Counted from the first letter of the whole stretch, positions 12,368 through 23,353 are shown. The stretch is 63,679 nt of DNA, filler included, from Saprolegnia diclina VS20 (GCF_000281045.1; 8 parts of 2 records of this genome joined end to end with filler, not necessarily neighbours in it), one strand, 5' to 3'. Notes: generated by a model from the sequence alone, not told the origin. Numbers and translations are program-made.

Positions 12368-13636
12368 CTAGAAGACCTTGTCAAAGAGATCGACGTCGCC
12401 GTCGGCTTCAAACGACAGTCGAGGTTGACACACGCGCTGCATCTCCTCAAACGACGCGCGGTCCATCGACCGCTGGTGCGACCGCCGATGGCTAGTCGCC
12501 CGCTCTTTGGTGGCAACAACAACAACCGGCTCGGGCTCGATTGGCGGGTGGACGACCAGCGACCGCGACCGGGGCACGGTAAAGTCGCCAATGTCAAGCG
12601 CATCCGCTGACACACGCGCTGTGCTCCAGCGCTGCGGACGCGGCGGTCGCGCATTGTATTGCTCGTCGGGCCACGACCGACTCTGGCGCAGGCGTGGCGA
12701 GAGCTTCTCGGGCTCAAATTTCGAGTGCAAGCAGACAGTGCACATAGCGAGCTTGCGGACGCCGGACGGCAACGCGACGTCCTTCTTCTCAGTGCACGAC
12801 GGACACACGACCTCGCCGCAGATGCGGCAATTGTCCTTTTTTGTCCAGGCGAAGAAGTCGCCGCCGCACACGTGGCAGTACGCCACGTCCTTGACGGACT
12901 TGACCTCCATGTCGCTGCGCACGTAGCTTGAGAGACGGCCGACGTGGCGCGCGTCAAAGAAGCTCTGCATGCGCGAGAGCGCGTGGCACCAGTTCTTTAG
13001 CGTTGTCGACGTCCACGCGTGGGGCGTCCGGCCCTTAAAGTCCACCGAGAGCACGTACGTGGCGCGGACAATGCCTTCGGTCGGGTGCGCGGAAAAGACG
13101 TAGCCCGAGGCGTACAAGCCGCCGCGCACGAGCTCAAGCGACTCGTCGAGCGGCGGGCACCCGTCAATCTTGACCGAGTGCGTGCACGACACCCACGTGT
13201 CGACGCCGTCGATAACCTTGTGCTCGCGGCACTGTACGTAGACAAAGTCGCGGTGCCGCATGACCGACGACTGCGACTCGATCATGGCCCAGTTGATCGT
13301 CATGCTCGGGCTCAGCTGCAAAAGCAGCGCCGACGCCTTGACGTGCGTCTCGACGGTCTTGGCAAACGCTTGACTCTCGGCCGTGTTGGCGACGTGGCAT
13401 TGCATGATGGCCTCGATGTCTTCCAGTGATGCTTGCAACGTCACGGTGCCGCAGATCGACTGCACGTCCGGGTTGCCGTGGAGCGGCGGCAGCATCTCAA
13501 ACCGCGTGCGGGCGCCCGACCCGTCGTAGGCCGCGGCCACTTGAAGGAGGTCGGTGACCGACTTCTTGGCGAGCAGCCGCAGATGCTCGTGCTGGGACGG
13601 CGAGACCGACGGGTAAAAGTCGGGGCGGAAGCGCAT
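12368..13636 (-). CDS. START-like + FYVE-like protein (copy 4, intronless, divergent)
   Basis: 422-aa ORF with HRDFVYVQ, ELVRGGLYASGYVF and CHVCGGDF...KDNCRICGEVVCPSC...MCTVC. Confidence 0.88.
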   Translation of the reverse strand: MRFRPDFYPSVSPSQHEHLRLLAKKSVTDLLQVAAAYDGSGARTRFEMLPPLHGNPDVQSICGTVTLQASLEDIEAIMQCHVANTAESQAFAKTVETHVKASALLLQLSPSMTINWAMIESQSSVMRHRDFVYVQCREHKVIDGVDTWVSCTHSVKIDGCPPLDESLELVRGGLYASGYVFSAHPTEGIVRATYVLSVDFKGRTPHAWTSTTLKNWCHALSRMQSFFDARHVGRLSSYVRSDMEVKSVKDVAYCHVCGGDFFAWTKKDNCRICGEVVCPSCTEKKDVALPSGVRKLAMCTVCLHSKFEPEKLSPRLRQSRSWPDEQYNARPPRPQRWSTARVSADALDIGDFTVPRSRSLVVHPPIEPEPVVVVATKERATSHRRSHQRSMDRASFEEMQRVCQPRLSFEADGDVDLFDKVF

Positions 13637-14817
13637 GGCTATCAGAACTTACTGATCTGTCCGTAGACCAAGCTGACTATTTACGTATCAAGTCCTACTT
13701 GGCTCGTTGCTTGATAGGCGGCATGACGCCTCTGGTTCGGAAGTTGCTCTTGGTGCTGCAGATCCGTCCGTGTCGCGGCCGGCAGGATCTACCTAGTTCG
13801 TGGCGTTGGCATGCGCCGTCTGCTCCTTACATCAATGCGCGTGTGGACCTTGGGGGCCCGAACTGCTGCGCACGGCCACACCCGCCATATTGCCGGGTGT
13901 GGCCGTGACGCCGCCAAGGAAAGAGCGCAGTCGCCCTGTCGCTGGGAAACGAGCTCGCCAAGTACCGATAATGGTCGAGGCCGAGGCTCTACATTGTATC
14001 CTTGAGCACCGTCAAGACCATGCGCAGGCGACGCGAAGCAGCGGAGCGGGTCGTCTGGGCCGGCGCCAAGCGCGCTTACCGTTGTGCATGAGGACGCACG
14101 CAGCGCCGTCTGGGCAGAGTCGCGCCTGCGACGACGAACGCGGCCTGCGCTGTCGATGGCGCTGTCGATGAGCGCTTGACTACTCCTGAGTACCGGTATG
14201 TGCCATAGTCGTCGATGTCATCCGGGCGCGGAAAGACGAATGCAACTGGCGCCACTTCCAGTCGATGGACCTCTATGAATTGATAATGCCCAGAACGCCA
14301 AAAATGGGCAAAGTGCAAAATGCCCAGCAAAATAACCAGTATTTTGGATGTTTTTTTGCCGGGTATTTGGCCATAATACCCGGCATATTGTATTTTTTTC
14401 TGAACTCGTTTCGTTTTTAAAAAACCCGGGCATTTAAAATGCCCACAGAATACCCGTGTATTTCGATTTACCTCAACTCGGCCTAATAACGTATTTTTGG
14501 TCCAAGAGTACAAACACAAATACAAATTTCAAGTCTAATTCGTCCAAGGAGCACTTCCTCGTGGCCCAGACCGAAGCACAGACCTCTATTGTCTTAGCGT
14601 AAACACCATAGACAGGTACGCTGTTTTTCCACTGTTCTCGCTGCTTCCTTCCTCTTTTTTCTCTTTCTTCCTTTCTTCTGTGTGCCAGACATTTTTAGGC
14701 TGCAACGTTTATGGTTCATAAGCTTTGCTGCTGCTGCACCTCCACGTCACCGCTCTTGTTGTTGTGGAATCTGGAGCATACTATTTTAGTTTCGTATGCA
14801 GCACCATTAAATGGTGT

Positions 14818-14979
14818 GGATGCGACAGTTTCGAGACTTGAATGCGATCCTGTGAAGATCCGGCAAAGAGTTGGCAAGGATCCTAATTGCCGGTTCTTTC
14901 CAAGATCTTGGTAGGATCCTTGCCAACTCTTTGCCGGATCTTCACAGAATCGCATTCAAGTCTCGAAACTGTCGCATCC
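14818..14979. repeat. Long near-perfect inverted repeat (68-bp arms, 26-nt loop)
   Basis: 14818-14885 and 14912-14979 are reverse complements with one mismatch. The loop contains the palindrome CCAAGATCTTGG. Confidence 0.92.
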
Positions 14980-15298
14980 TCATCACTGGTGGATTCTTTC
15001 AATTCCCGATTTGATCGAAAAGCAGCAACAACACTTGAACAAGCTTGATACCATGAAATGCTATAAATGCAAAAAGGCTGGCAACATCATATTCCTAACT
15101 GGAAACAAGGTGCGTGCCGACGCCACGAACGAAGAATACAAGGTCGCCCTGTGTGAAACGTGTGCGAATACAGCAACTGCAGCCGTGGATGAGGCGATTG
15201 CACGACGTGATTGAATTGTTTGAGGTTTGAAATAGTAAAAACGAAAAGAAAAATGCCTTCGGGCTAAACAAAATGATTTCCTACATGGGCTCCCTTTG

Positions 15299-15752
15299 GA
15301 AAAAAGATTAAAAATGAGCGGAGCCCGGTAGAAAAATGAGCGAGGCTGGAAACGGCAGAAAAATGAGCGAGGCTGGAAACGGCAGAAAAATGAGCGGACG
15401 CGATGTGTATAAAGGGTTAAATCGGCTGCGGGTTTGCACGAAGTNNNNNNNNNNNNNNNNNNNNNNNNNNNNNNNNNNNNNNNNNNNNNNNNNNNNNNNN
15501 NNNNNNNNNNNNNNNNNNNNNNNNNNNNNNNNNNNNNNNNNNNNCGCGATGTGTATAAAGGGTTAAATCGGCTGCGGGTTTGCACGAAGTGCAAATCCGT
15601 TGTCCAATTTAACCCGAGCCGGCACTCTTGGCCCGCCAAAGGCTCTGCCAGGGAAAGGGGAAGGGTAATTGTGGGCAATTTCGCTCATTTTTCTGCCGTT
15701 TCTTGCCTCGCTCATTTTTCTACCGGGCTCCGCTCATTTTTAATCCGCACCC
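15299..15752. mobile_element. Mutator/Foldback-like MITE with 65-bp inverted repeats and a 10-bp flanking direct repeat
   Basis: 15306-15370 versus 15681-15745 are inverted with 2 mismatches and are built from AAAAATGAGCG sub-repeats. GCTCCCTTTG lies at 15289-15298 and 15753-15762, each 7 nt outside an arm. Confidence 0.75.
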
Positions 15753-18700
15753 GCTCCCTTTGCCGTCCAAGCTGAAGACGAGAGACAAGCTTTGGGGCTA
15801 AACCAGAAATCGAGTGTGGCGCCGGTGTCCCATGAGGTAGAGAGTAGTGCGCCGCGAAGAGCCTGGGGTCTGGATGTGCCGCATCGCTTGGTGAAGCGTC
15901 ATCGAGCCCTTGTCGCCGAGGGTCGCCATAGTGTTACACGGCCGTCCTTGACACTGTCTGGCGGTAACGTCAGTGCCCGTACGTCACGAGGGCCGAGGCG
16001 CAAGGGCTTGTGCCGTGGCGCGAGGTCTTTGGTCGTCGAGCGCGGGGTCGGCGTGGCGGTGCCCCCCGCGGCCTTTGCAGCTTGACCTCTTGCCGTGCGT
16101 GGCGCGTCTTCCTTGATCCCAGCAGGCTCAAGTGGGCCTCGAGCGAGTGTCTTGAGCAGGTGCCTTGCGTTTCGCTCTTGATGCGCCGATGCCTTCCCCG
16201 CCGGACCACGGTGGTCGCTTGGCCGGCCAGCTTGGTCGCGGTTCGCCACACCCGGGCTGCTACAGCCTTGCTCGTCCTTCACGACACTTGGGCCCCCGAG
16301 ACGAAGCGGTGGCCGATGCCGTCCGAGGCGAGGACCTCGAAGAGCCGCAGAAGCGGAGTACAAAGTACGACCCCCAAAGTAGAGGAAGGTTCTGTGGCGC
16401 TTGGAGGATGATGGCAGCGGCGACGCGCCGTGGCTTGAGTGCAGTCGGGGCGGGTGGGTGGTTGTGAAATGGCGGACGGCACACGGTGGGAGGTATACTG
16501 TGCAGACGAGCGATGCGTCGTGACGGGCTACGACTTCGGACGTTGTGACCTTATGAATTGGACGGGTTAGCGAGAGCCAAACATAAAAGAGATAGAGAAA
16601 TAACCCCATACGAGGCCTCCAACTTTCCAATGGGAGACGGCCAACGAAATTCTTCGTGACCTTTGGATGCGGGCGAGCCTCGTTGTGTATGGGCACAACT
16701 CATGGGTGTAGACTACGTCCCATGGCAGCGGAAGAAACCGCGGGCACGACGCTGGTTGGTTCAGGCGTCGACGGCGGGAACCGAACCCGGACACGGGCCA
16801 CAACGCTCCGACGGTCGAATCTGGGTCGCTCGTGTGGGTTTCAACACCTGAGCATCGAACGCGGCTAACCGGAGGGCGCGCACGTTGCTGAGAAATCCGG
16901 CGACTTGCGGCATGTCAGTAGCAGTGACGGCCGAAGTCGCTCGGAGGAGAGGCAGCCCGATGAACCTCGGCCAACTCGAGGGCCGCTAGAGAGCACTACT
17001 GTACCGATCGAGCGATCACCCGAAGACCGCCACGACGCGCCAGTCGAGACCCTCACCAACGCGCAGGCTGTCGAACGGCAGCCGTCGACGAAGGACGGTC
17101 AGCTGCGTCCTGTGGCCGCCGCACGACAGCCTTGACCGATGCACGACCGAGATACTAGAGCGGACACGAACCGGACCAGCCGATCGAAGAGCCACGGTGC
17201 CATACGACCTTGACTTCTTCCAGCTGCGCGCGAACTACGGCGCACTTGGTCCTTGGTGATGTCCGTGACCATGCGGTAACCGCAGCAGTGCTTCGGTAGG
17301 CGGCAGGCGGTTCATTCTTCGTTCATGCCTTCATCAACTTGACCGACACCCGACGAGCTGCCGAGTGCTGGAGCAACGACAAAGTCATCGTAGCTCAAAA
17401 TCTCGCGACGCGGACAGCGACGCAACGCGGCCATGTTGCCGAGGAAGGTCACCGTTTTGCGTACGGTTGGCGACGGCGGCACCCTTGACGGTGACCAATG
17501 CGGCAAGTGCGTACGAACTTGCGCTGCGAGGCAATCTTCGCGACGGCGTGATCGAGGAGGCGCGTTCTCACCGCCGTTGCGTGGCTTGCAACCTTGGTGA
17601 CGTTGAGGCCTTGGCGGGGTTGACACGAAGCCTTGGGCGCGGCGCTCCGAAATGCCACGACAACGACGTGCTGGCGCACACCCCACACAAGGCCGCAAAG
17701 GTCGGTATCGCGTGCAAGGTCTCGAGGCGGATGGCCGGCGCAGACGCCATGTCGTAGTCGAAACCGAAATTGGCTCGGCGCCCTTGAACTCGAGGTGGCT
17801 CTTGAAGCGCGGCTTGCCGTCGCGGTCGCCCTTGGGCTTGCCCATCCAGCGGCAGATGAGCACCTTGTGATCAGCGGGAGTGCCACCTACACTGTACAGT
17901 TAGTCTTGCACGACTCGTACGCTTCAGTCATCGGTTGACTCCACTCGGCAGCGTCGGTCAGCTTGTAGGTCTCTTTGCACGACGGCGGAACGTCAGTCTT
18001 CTTCTCTCTCTTGGCCAAAGAGCGCCAGTCAGGTCGACACATGACGCGCTTTCAGCCGGGCATCGCGGAAGCTTGGTCGACCACACCGGAATCGCCGGCA
18101 TGGATCGCTTGCGGCGGATGCGACGGCGCATTTGCAGTCGTTCATCGCACCTGATACAGGAGCGCCATTGCCTCCCAGTGTCTGACGCAACGAGTCGGCG
18201 CTGGCGTTGAACAGCGAAGCGCCAGCGTCAGCCACCGCGTCGGCACAGCGCGAATCAGGCTGCGCAGCGACGGGCGACCGGGATCGGCCCACGGAATATG
18301 CGTATCGGGTGTCACCAACCAGTAGCGCCCTAGACGAGATCAACAACAATACATCACGTACACTGGGATCGGCAGCACGCGTCCCCAGCGCTTGATGTTG
18401 GCGCCTTCGACGGTCTCGTCCAGACTTGAAACGGCGCCCGACTGGAGCGCAGGGTGTATACAGCGCGGTCGGAGGTGCAGGCGCCGCGGCACGGCGTGCG
18501 GCACATGTCGTACGCTCCTTGGCGAACGGTTCGACGATCGTCTCGACCGGGCATCATAGGTGGCGGCAGTCCGGTCCGCCGACAGCTCCGTGGCAACGCA
18601 CACACAGCCAACCTGACGTATGATGCTGTAGGAGTTAGTATGCGGGCAGCAGGGCCGAGGCATACCGGCCGCGCCCCAAGAGGACCTTAGCCCAGGACGT

Positions 18701-18902
18701 CCAAAGCAGAAAGCGCTTGGCGCCGGCTTCGTCCGCACCACTCCCGAAAACCAATTTTTATTCTCTAAAAATTAATCATTTTGGGGACACAATTGTACTT
18801 TTGTGTGATAGGGTTGAAAGGTTGAAAGTGGGTAAAACCCATGTTCGGGACTTTGTTTGGAGAAAGTGTACCATATCCCTTTACCACGCTACTACAGTTT
18901 CG

Positions 18903-19135
18903 TCCACAGTCCAGAACTCAGCCAAGGAGGACCCCGCACTCGAAGACTACGTCTGTCTAGTCGCTGCATCGCAGGCGTGCAAATGCAGAAGGCCGGTGCG
19001 ACCTCGCAAACAGGGCGTGTGAAGTCTCCTTCGCCACCGAAAACACCAGTCATTCATCGCTCTTAGTCTGGACACGTGGCCGCCGACCAGTGCTGAGCGT
19101 CAAGTAGGATGGACCACAGGACGCAATATGAAAAA
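18903..19135. repeat. Dispersed direct repeat, copy B (of 12087-12329), cut off by a linker
   Basis: Direct sequence match to copy A. Confidence 0.9.
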
Positions 19136-19179
19136 NNNNNNNNNNNNNNNNNNNNNNNNNNNNNNNNNNNNNNNNNNNN

Positions 19180-19191
19180 TTAATTAATTAA
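19180..19191. other. Artificial contig linker
   Basis: TTAATTAATTAA in an N run. Confidence 0.95.
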
Positions 19192-19235
19192 NNNNNNNNN
19201 NNNNNNNNNNNNNNNNNNNNNNNNNNNNNNNNNNN

Positions 19236-19340
19236 AGCTGGGGCGTTGTCTGCGGTGAGGCTGGTATTCCCAGTGTCTACGCGCGCCTCTCGCAGGCCAA
19301 GGACTTTATTGCGCCATATCTTCCCAAGCCGGCGTGCTAG
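19236..19340 (+). CDS. 3' end of a trypsin-family (S1A) gene, truncated by the contig edge
   Basis: Translates as SWGVVCGEAGIPSVYARLSQAKDFIAPYLPKPAC*, close to the C-terminus of the 25628 trypsin. Not listed in the ORF track. Confidence 0.85.
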   Translation, partial: SWGVVCGEAGIPSVYARLSQAKDFIAPYLPKPAC

Positions 19341-20046
19341 ACGCTTGGGCAATATGTGTAGAGTCTACCAACACCGATTACAGGCTTTTTGTAGTGGCTT
19401 TCGACTGAATTCACTTTTGTCCTTGCTTTGTCGACGTGGTATCTATTCGCTTCGTAGTGTCGTCTTTAGTTGAAAAAACATACTGCAACGATCCATTTTG
19501 GAATGGCCGTCCAACACGGCATCCAACGGCACACTGTCGTATCTGTGTTGGCTGCACCGGCCGCTTTGAGGCGAAAAGCTTAGTCTATAACCAAGTCGCT
19601 TTCTCTACTATACCATTTCCAGTGTCACCGACTGTTGTCTCCCTAAGCAGCCTCACAAATCGCACAGCGACATCTGTCTTTGACTAGAGCCATTCCTGAA
19701 TACCACGGATGGGTCGATGCTTTCAGTGGTCTCCGATGCGCCTATTCCACGCACTCAACAGAGCATTGGTGGAAGCTGTGACGCTCACCGCTCGTGACAT
19801 CACCAGTGCAAGCACCGTCTTGACACCGACGGATGTTCATTGAGAGTCGCAGTCTCGTAGCCGTTCATGTCGAGGGCCGTTCATGGGTCGTATGCGAGTG
19901 GGGTCGTGACCGCAGCGAGACTTAGTGTGTTGCGCGCGTTGATAGTCAGAGGACGTATTGTGCAAGCGTTTCCTTTCAAGTACTTCGTATTTTGCACGTG
20001 GCTGTAGTACAATTGTAGTAGAAAGTAGAAATCATACTGTCGTTTG

Positions 20047-20892
20047 TTATAGTCCGTACAAACCCGCACCGATCGGAGCTGCGGAATGCCATCGCCTAGC
20101 ATGCCGGCTTGGTAAGGCACGGCGCAATAGAGTCCTTGGCCTGCGAGAGCGAGAGTAGATACTGGCGCGGTCGGGCGGGGCGCAGGCAACGTTCCAGCTT
20201 GTGAGACCGACGAGCATTTCTTTGCCGTCCTTGGAGACCGTGAGCGGGCCGCCTTCGTCGTCATCACACGTGCCCTCGCCCTTGACGCCGCCGGCGCAGA
20301 TCATCGTCACATCCACGGGCGTCAGCGACGGGTTGTGGAGATTGTCGAAAGCAGCCTGGCAGTCCTTGTTGGACCAGATCTTGAGGTCGACCTCCTTGAG
20401 AACGTCCGAATGCGGGCCAAGCACCGAGGTCGTGCCCCAGCCGCGGGCCGTCGCGACGGCGCCGGGGGCAACGACCGGGTCGTTCTCGTCAAAGAGGATC
20501 TCGATCGGCGTCACAGTTGTCGCGTTGGCGAGCTCGAGAACCACAAAGTCGTAGACCATCGTGTCGTCGTTGAACTTGGGGTGTTGCACGATCTTCTTGA
20601 CCGCGATGCGCTCGCCGTCCTTGGCGCCGCTGAGGTAGTGCGAGCCGATCGAGACGTAGTTGATGTTGTCGTCTTCGATGCAGTAGCTAGTCGTGAGGAT
20701 CGCCGTCGGCGAGATGACGGCACCGCCGCAGTAGTTTTGGTCCGTCTCGTCCTCGCGACGACCCGTCACGTAGAGGTGCTTGCCAATCTCGGCTTCCTTG
20801 CCACCAAAGACCTGGATCATGTTGGCCGAGTTCGGGGTGGCCTGGACGGCGGTGAGGGCGGCGAGAGCAAAGACAGAGGCGATTTGGACCAT
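20047..20892 (-). CDS. Secreted trypsin-fold pseudo-protease (GIP-like) with a C-terminal frameshift; possibly a pseudogene
   Basis: Signal peptide MVQIASVFALAALTAVQA. Catalytic His motif TAGHC is TTSYC and Ser motif GDSGGP is DDEGGP. A 1-nt deletion near 20151 shifts the frame; the paralogous stop is at 20096-20098. Confidence 0.85.
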   Translation of the reverse strand: MVQIASVFALAALTAVQATPNSANMIQVFGGKEAEIGKHLYVTGRREDETDQNYCGGAVISPTAILTTSYCIEDDNINYVSIGSHYLSGAKDGERIAVKKIVQHPKFNDDTMVYDFVVLELANATTVTPIEILFDENDPVVAPGAVATARGWGTTSVLGPHSDVLKEVDLKIWSNKDCQAAFDNLHNPSLTPVDVTMICAGGVKGEGTCDDDEGGPLTVSKDGKEMLVGLTSWNVACAPPDRASIYSRSRRPRTLLRRALPSRHARRWHSAAPIGAGLYGL

Positions 20893-20898
20893 GATGAT

Positions 20899-20913
20899 CA
20901 AATTGAAAAATGA
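20899..20913 (-). promoter_or_regulatory. Oomycete Inr+FPR core promoter element
   Basis: TCATTTTTCAATTTG lies just upstream of the ATG at 20892. Confidence 0.6.
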
Positions 20914-22199
20914 GAATGGTGAAGTTGGTAGCTGGCGCTTCAAGTTGGGTCAAGCCCAGCAGAGCATCTGAGCCGGTAACTTCGATACACATCATTCGAC
21001 ATGCACGGTACGAGTAATACGTGGACTGCGATCAATGAGTCAAGTACACTCTTGATGGGAGTTCTGCAGTTCTGTGCTGACAGACTCCTTTCTTCAAATA
21101 TTTTCACAAAGTTAATTCAAGCGAAGATTGCAAGTAGGTTGGTCGCGCGCGCCATTGCGATCGGCACAATTGATCGGCATGTGAACTCAACGTTGCGTGG
21201 ACAGGTGTCTCAGGCAGGCCATTGCATTGCAGGTTCCAGCCACAAGTTTGTTTTTCATATGTTGAGCGTTTGTCGCTGGTCTACACTTAGTTGGAAGGTT
21301 CCGGTGGTACGCTACTTCTCAGTTGTCGCGGAGCCCACAGTCAACTTGAGTGGGGCTGAATACTCCGCAACTCAATATTCCTCTTGGCTGTGATACTTCA
21401 GTGTTTGTAATTTATTCGATGTCACTTGATTTACTTGTGTACACTATGCTTTGTCTGTTTTCGGTTATATAATCACTTTCGCAATTGATATTGCACTTCC
21501 ATAAAAAAGTTATCCAGTACAAATAAGCACTCGAACACTCGAACACTCGAACAACGTTGACCGTAGACACTACCAATGTGGATGAAACGAGGCGCGTGGC
21601 ACGGGGCGTCCACTGGTCCAGTGGACTAAGTCAGCACATGGAGGAGAGCGTCCACTGCGGTTTCCAATGCTCTCATTGGTGCAATGCACGCCCTTCCTCG
21701 AAGCAAAGACGATAAACACGGGATGACGCCGACACCAGCGTGTCGTTACCGTGGTATGAATGCTGCACGCCGGAACGTTGACGCCGCCAGTTGCGGTCGA
21801 CGCATGAAAAGCAGCACTCATCGTTGGAGAGCTGCGAAGAGAGTTCGAGCTGTTGAGCGATGAGCGAGCTTAACAAGAGCTCTGTTCTTCGCAATCATCA
21901 TGGAAACGGGACACGTCGCTGCGTCATCTTGGTGGCATGATGGAGGTACAGCACGCCTTAGTTAAGTGCGCGGCGAAATAGCAGCTGCCACATGCGTCAT
22001 GCGTCTCGGGGCGAACGTTCAGGCAAGCCAACATTGTGGTGCGCGAGATTGGCCATGTAAATTGCGATGGCTCGTTGGTGAAACCGCTGTCTTAAGCGAT
22101 TAAATAGGACTACGGGTAGCGTTGTGTGGGGTTTTAGCCATTGCGGCAACGATGCCTTTCGACAGTATGGACCGGGCGATTGATAGTGCCAACACCGAT

Positions 22200-22478
22200 C
22201 AGCCTCTGCCAAGAGTTGGTAGCGCCCCCACTTGAGCTCGGTCTGGATCTAGTGCTCCGCGGCGATGTAAGTGTCGATGAATTCATTTTGGGATGCAGTA
22301 CAATTGGTGGGGATCAGCTGCCGCCGAGTACCGCCAGCCCGACCACATTCTGCCGCGCTACGCGGACTTTATGTACCGCATCGTGCTGGGCGCTGTCGCA
22401 GTCCGCACCCGGCTCTACTTTCTCGGAGAAGACGCTCAAGGATGCCCGGTCTGCGGTGCACCCGAGACGTACGAGCAC
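22200..22478 (+). mobile_element. Non-LTR (L1/Tx1-like) retrotransposon remnant, zf-RVT zinc-binding region
   Basis: DFMYRIVLGAVAVRTRLYFLGEDAQGCPVCGAPETYEH fits the Cx2C-x3-ETxxH motif at the C-terminus of LINE ORF2. Upstream in-frame stops are present, and the sequence runs into a gap. Confidence 0.7.
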
Positions 22479-23004
22479 NNNNNNNNNNNNNNNNNNNNNN
22501 NNNNNNNNNNNNNNNNNNNNNNNNNNNNNNNNNNNNNNNNNNNNNNNNNNNNNNNNNNNNNNNNNNNNNNNNNNNNNNNNNNNNNNNNNNNNNNNNNNNN
22601 NNNNNNNNNNNNNNNNNNNNNNNNNNNNNNNNNNNNNNNNNNNNNNNNNNNNNNNNNNNNNNNNNNNNNNNNNNNNNNNNNNNNNNNNNNNNNNNNNNNN
22701 NNNNNNNNNNNNNNNNNNNNNNNNNNNNNNNNNNNNNNNNNNNNNNNNNNNNNNNNNNNNNNNNNNNNNNNNNNNNNNNNNNNNNNNNNNNNNNNNNNNN
22801 NNNNNNNNNNNNNNNNNNNNNNNNNNNNNNNNNNNNNNNNNNNNNNNNNNNNNNNNNNNNNNNNNNNNNNNNNNNNNNNNNNNNNNNNNNNNNNNNNNNN
22901 NNNNNNNNNNNNNNNNNNNNNNNNNNNNNNNNNNNNNNNNNNNNNNNNNNNNNNNNNNNNNNNNNNNNNNNNNNNNNNNNNNNNNNNNNNNNNNNNNNNN
23001 NNNN

Positions 23005-23163
23005 GCGTCCCAGAGTCGCTGGGGTAATGTAATAGCACCCTCCTGGATCTGAGTTGGTTATTTCGATGCGCTCACGTCGGAGACTACAACGTACGTCGGA
23101 GTAGCATGTGGACTGCGAACGACATGCAGAGCTTTTGCCAGGAACCTATGTATGCTAGCCGTT
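23005..23163. repeat. About 160-bp repeat, copy A (copy B 26620-26779); possibly a LINE 3' end
   Basis: GCGTCCCAGAGTCGCTGGGG...GCTAGCCGTTC is near-identical at both sites, and each copy follows a gap. Confidence 0.85.
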
Positions 23164-23353
23164 CTCGCGACGACCCGTCACGTAGAGGTGCTTGCCAATC
23201 TCGGCTTCCTTGCCACCAAAGACCTGGATCATATTAGCCGAGTTTGGCGGCGAGAGCAAAGACAGAGGCGATTTGGACCATGATGATCAAATTGAAAAAT
23301 GAGAATGGTAAAGTTGGTGGCTGGCGCTTCAAGTTGGGTCAAGCCCAGCAGAG
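23164..23353 (-). pseudogene. Truncated 5' fragment of the GIP-like trypsin gene, including its promoter
   Basis: Near-identical to 20752-20963 but with a deletion in the signal-peptide region. It breaks off at the 23005 repeat. Confidence 0.85.

Noticed and set aside
15310..15400. 27-bp repeats as a possible CRISPR array
   Set aside because: There are no unique spacers or cas genes, the context is eukaryotic, and the repeats are part of MITE arms.
15399..15590. About 45-bp direct repeat on both sides of a 100-N gap
   Set aside because: Most likely an unmerged contig overlap rather than a real duplication.
21528..21553. (CACTCGAA)x3 tandem repeat
   Set aside because: A short minisatellite with no evidence of function.
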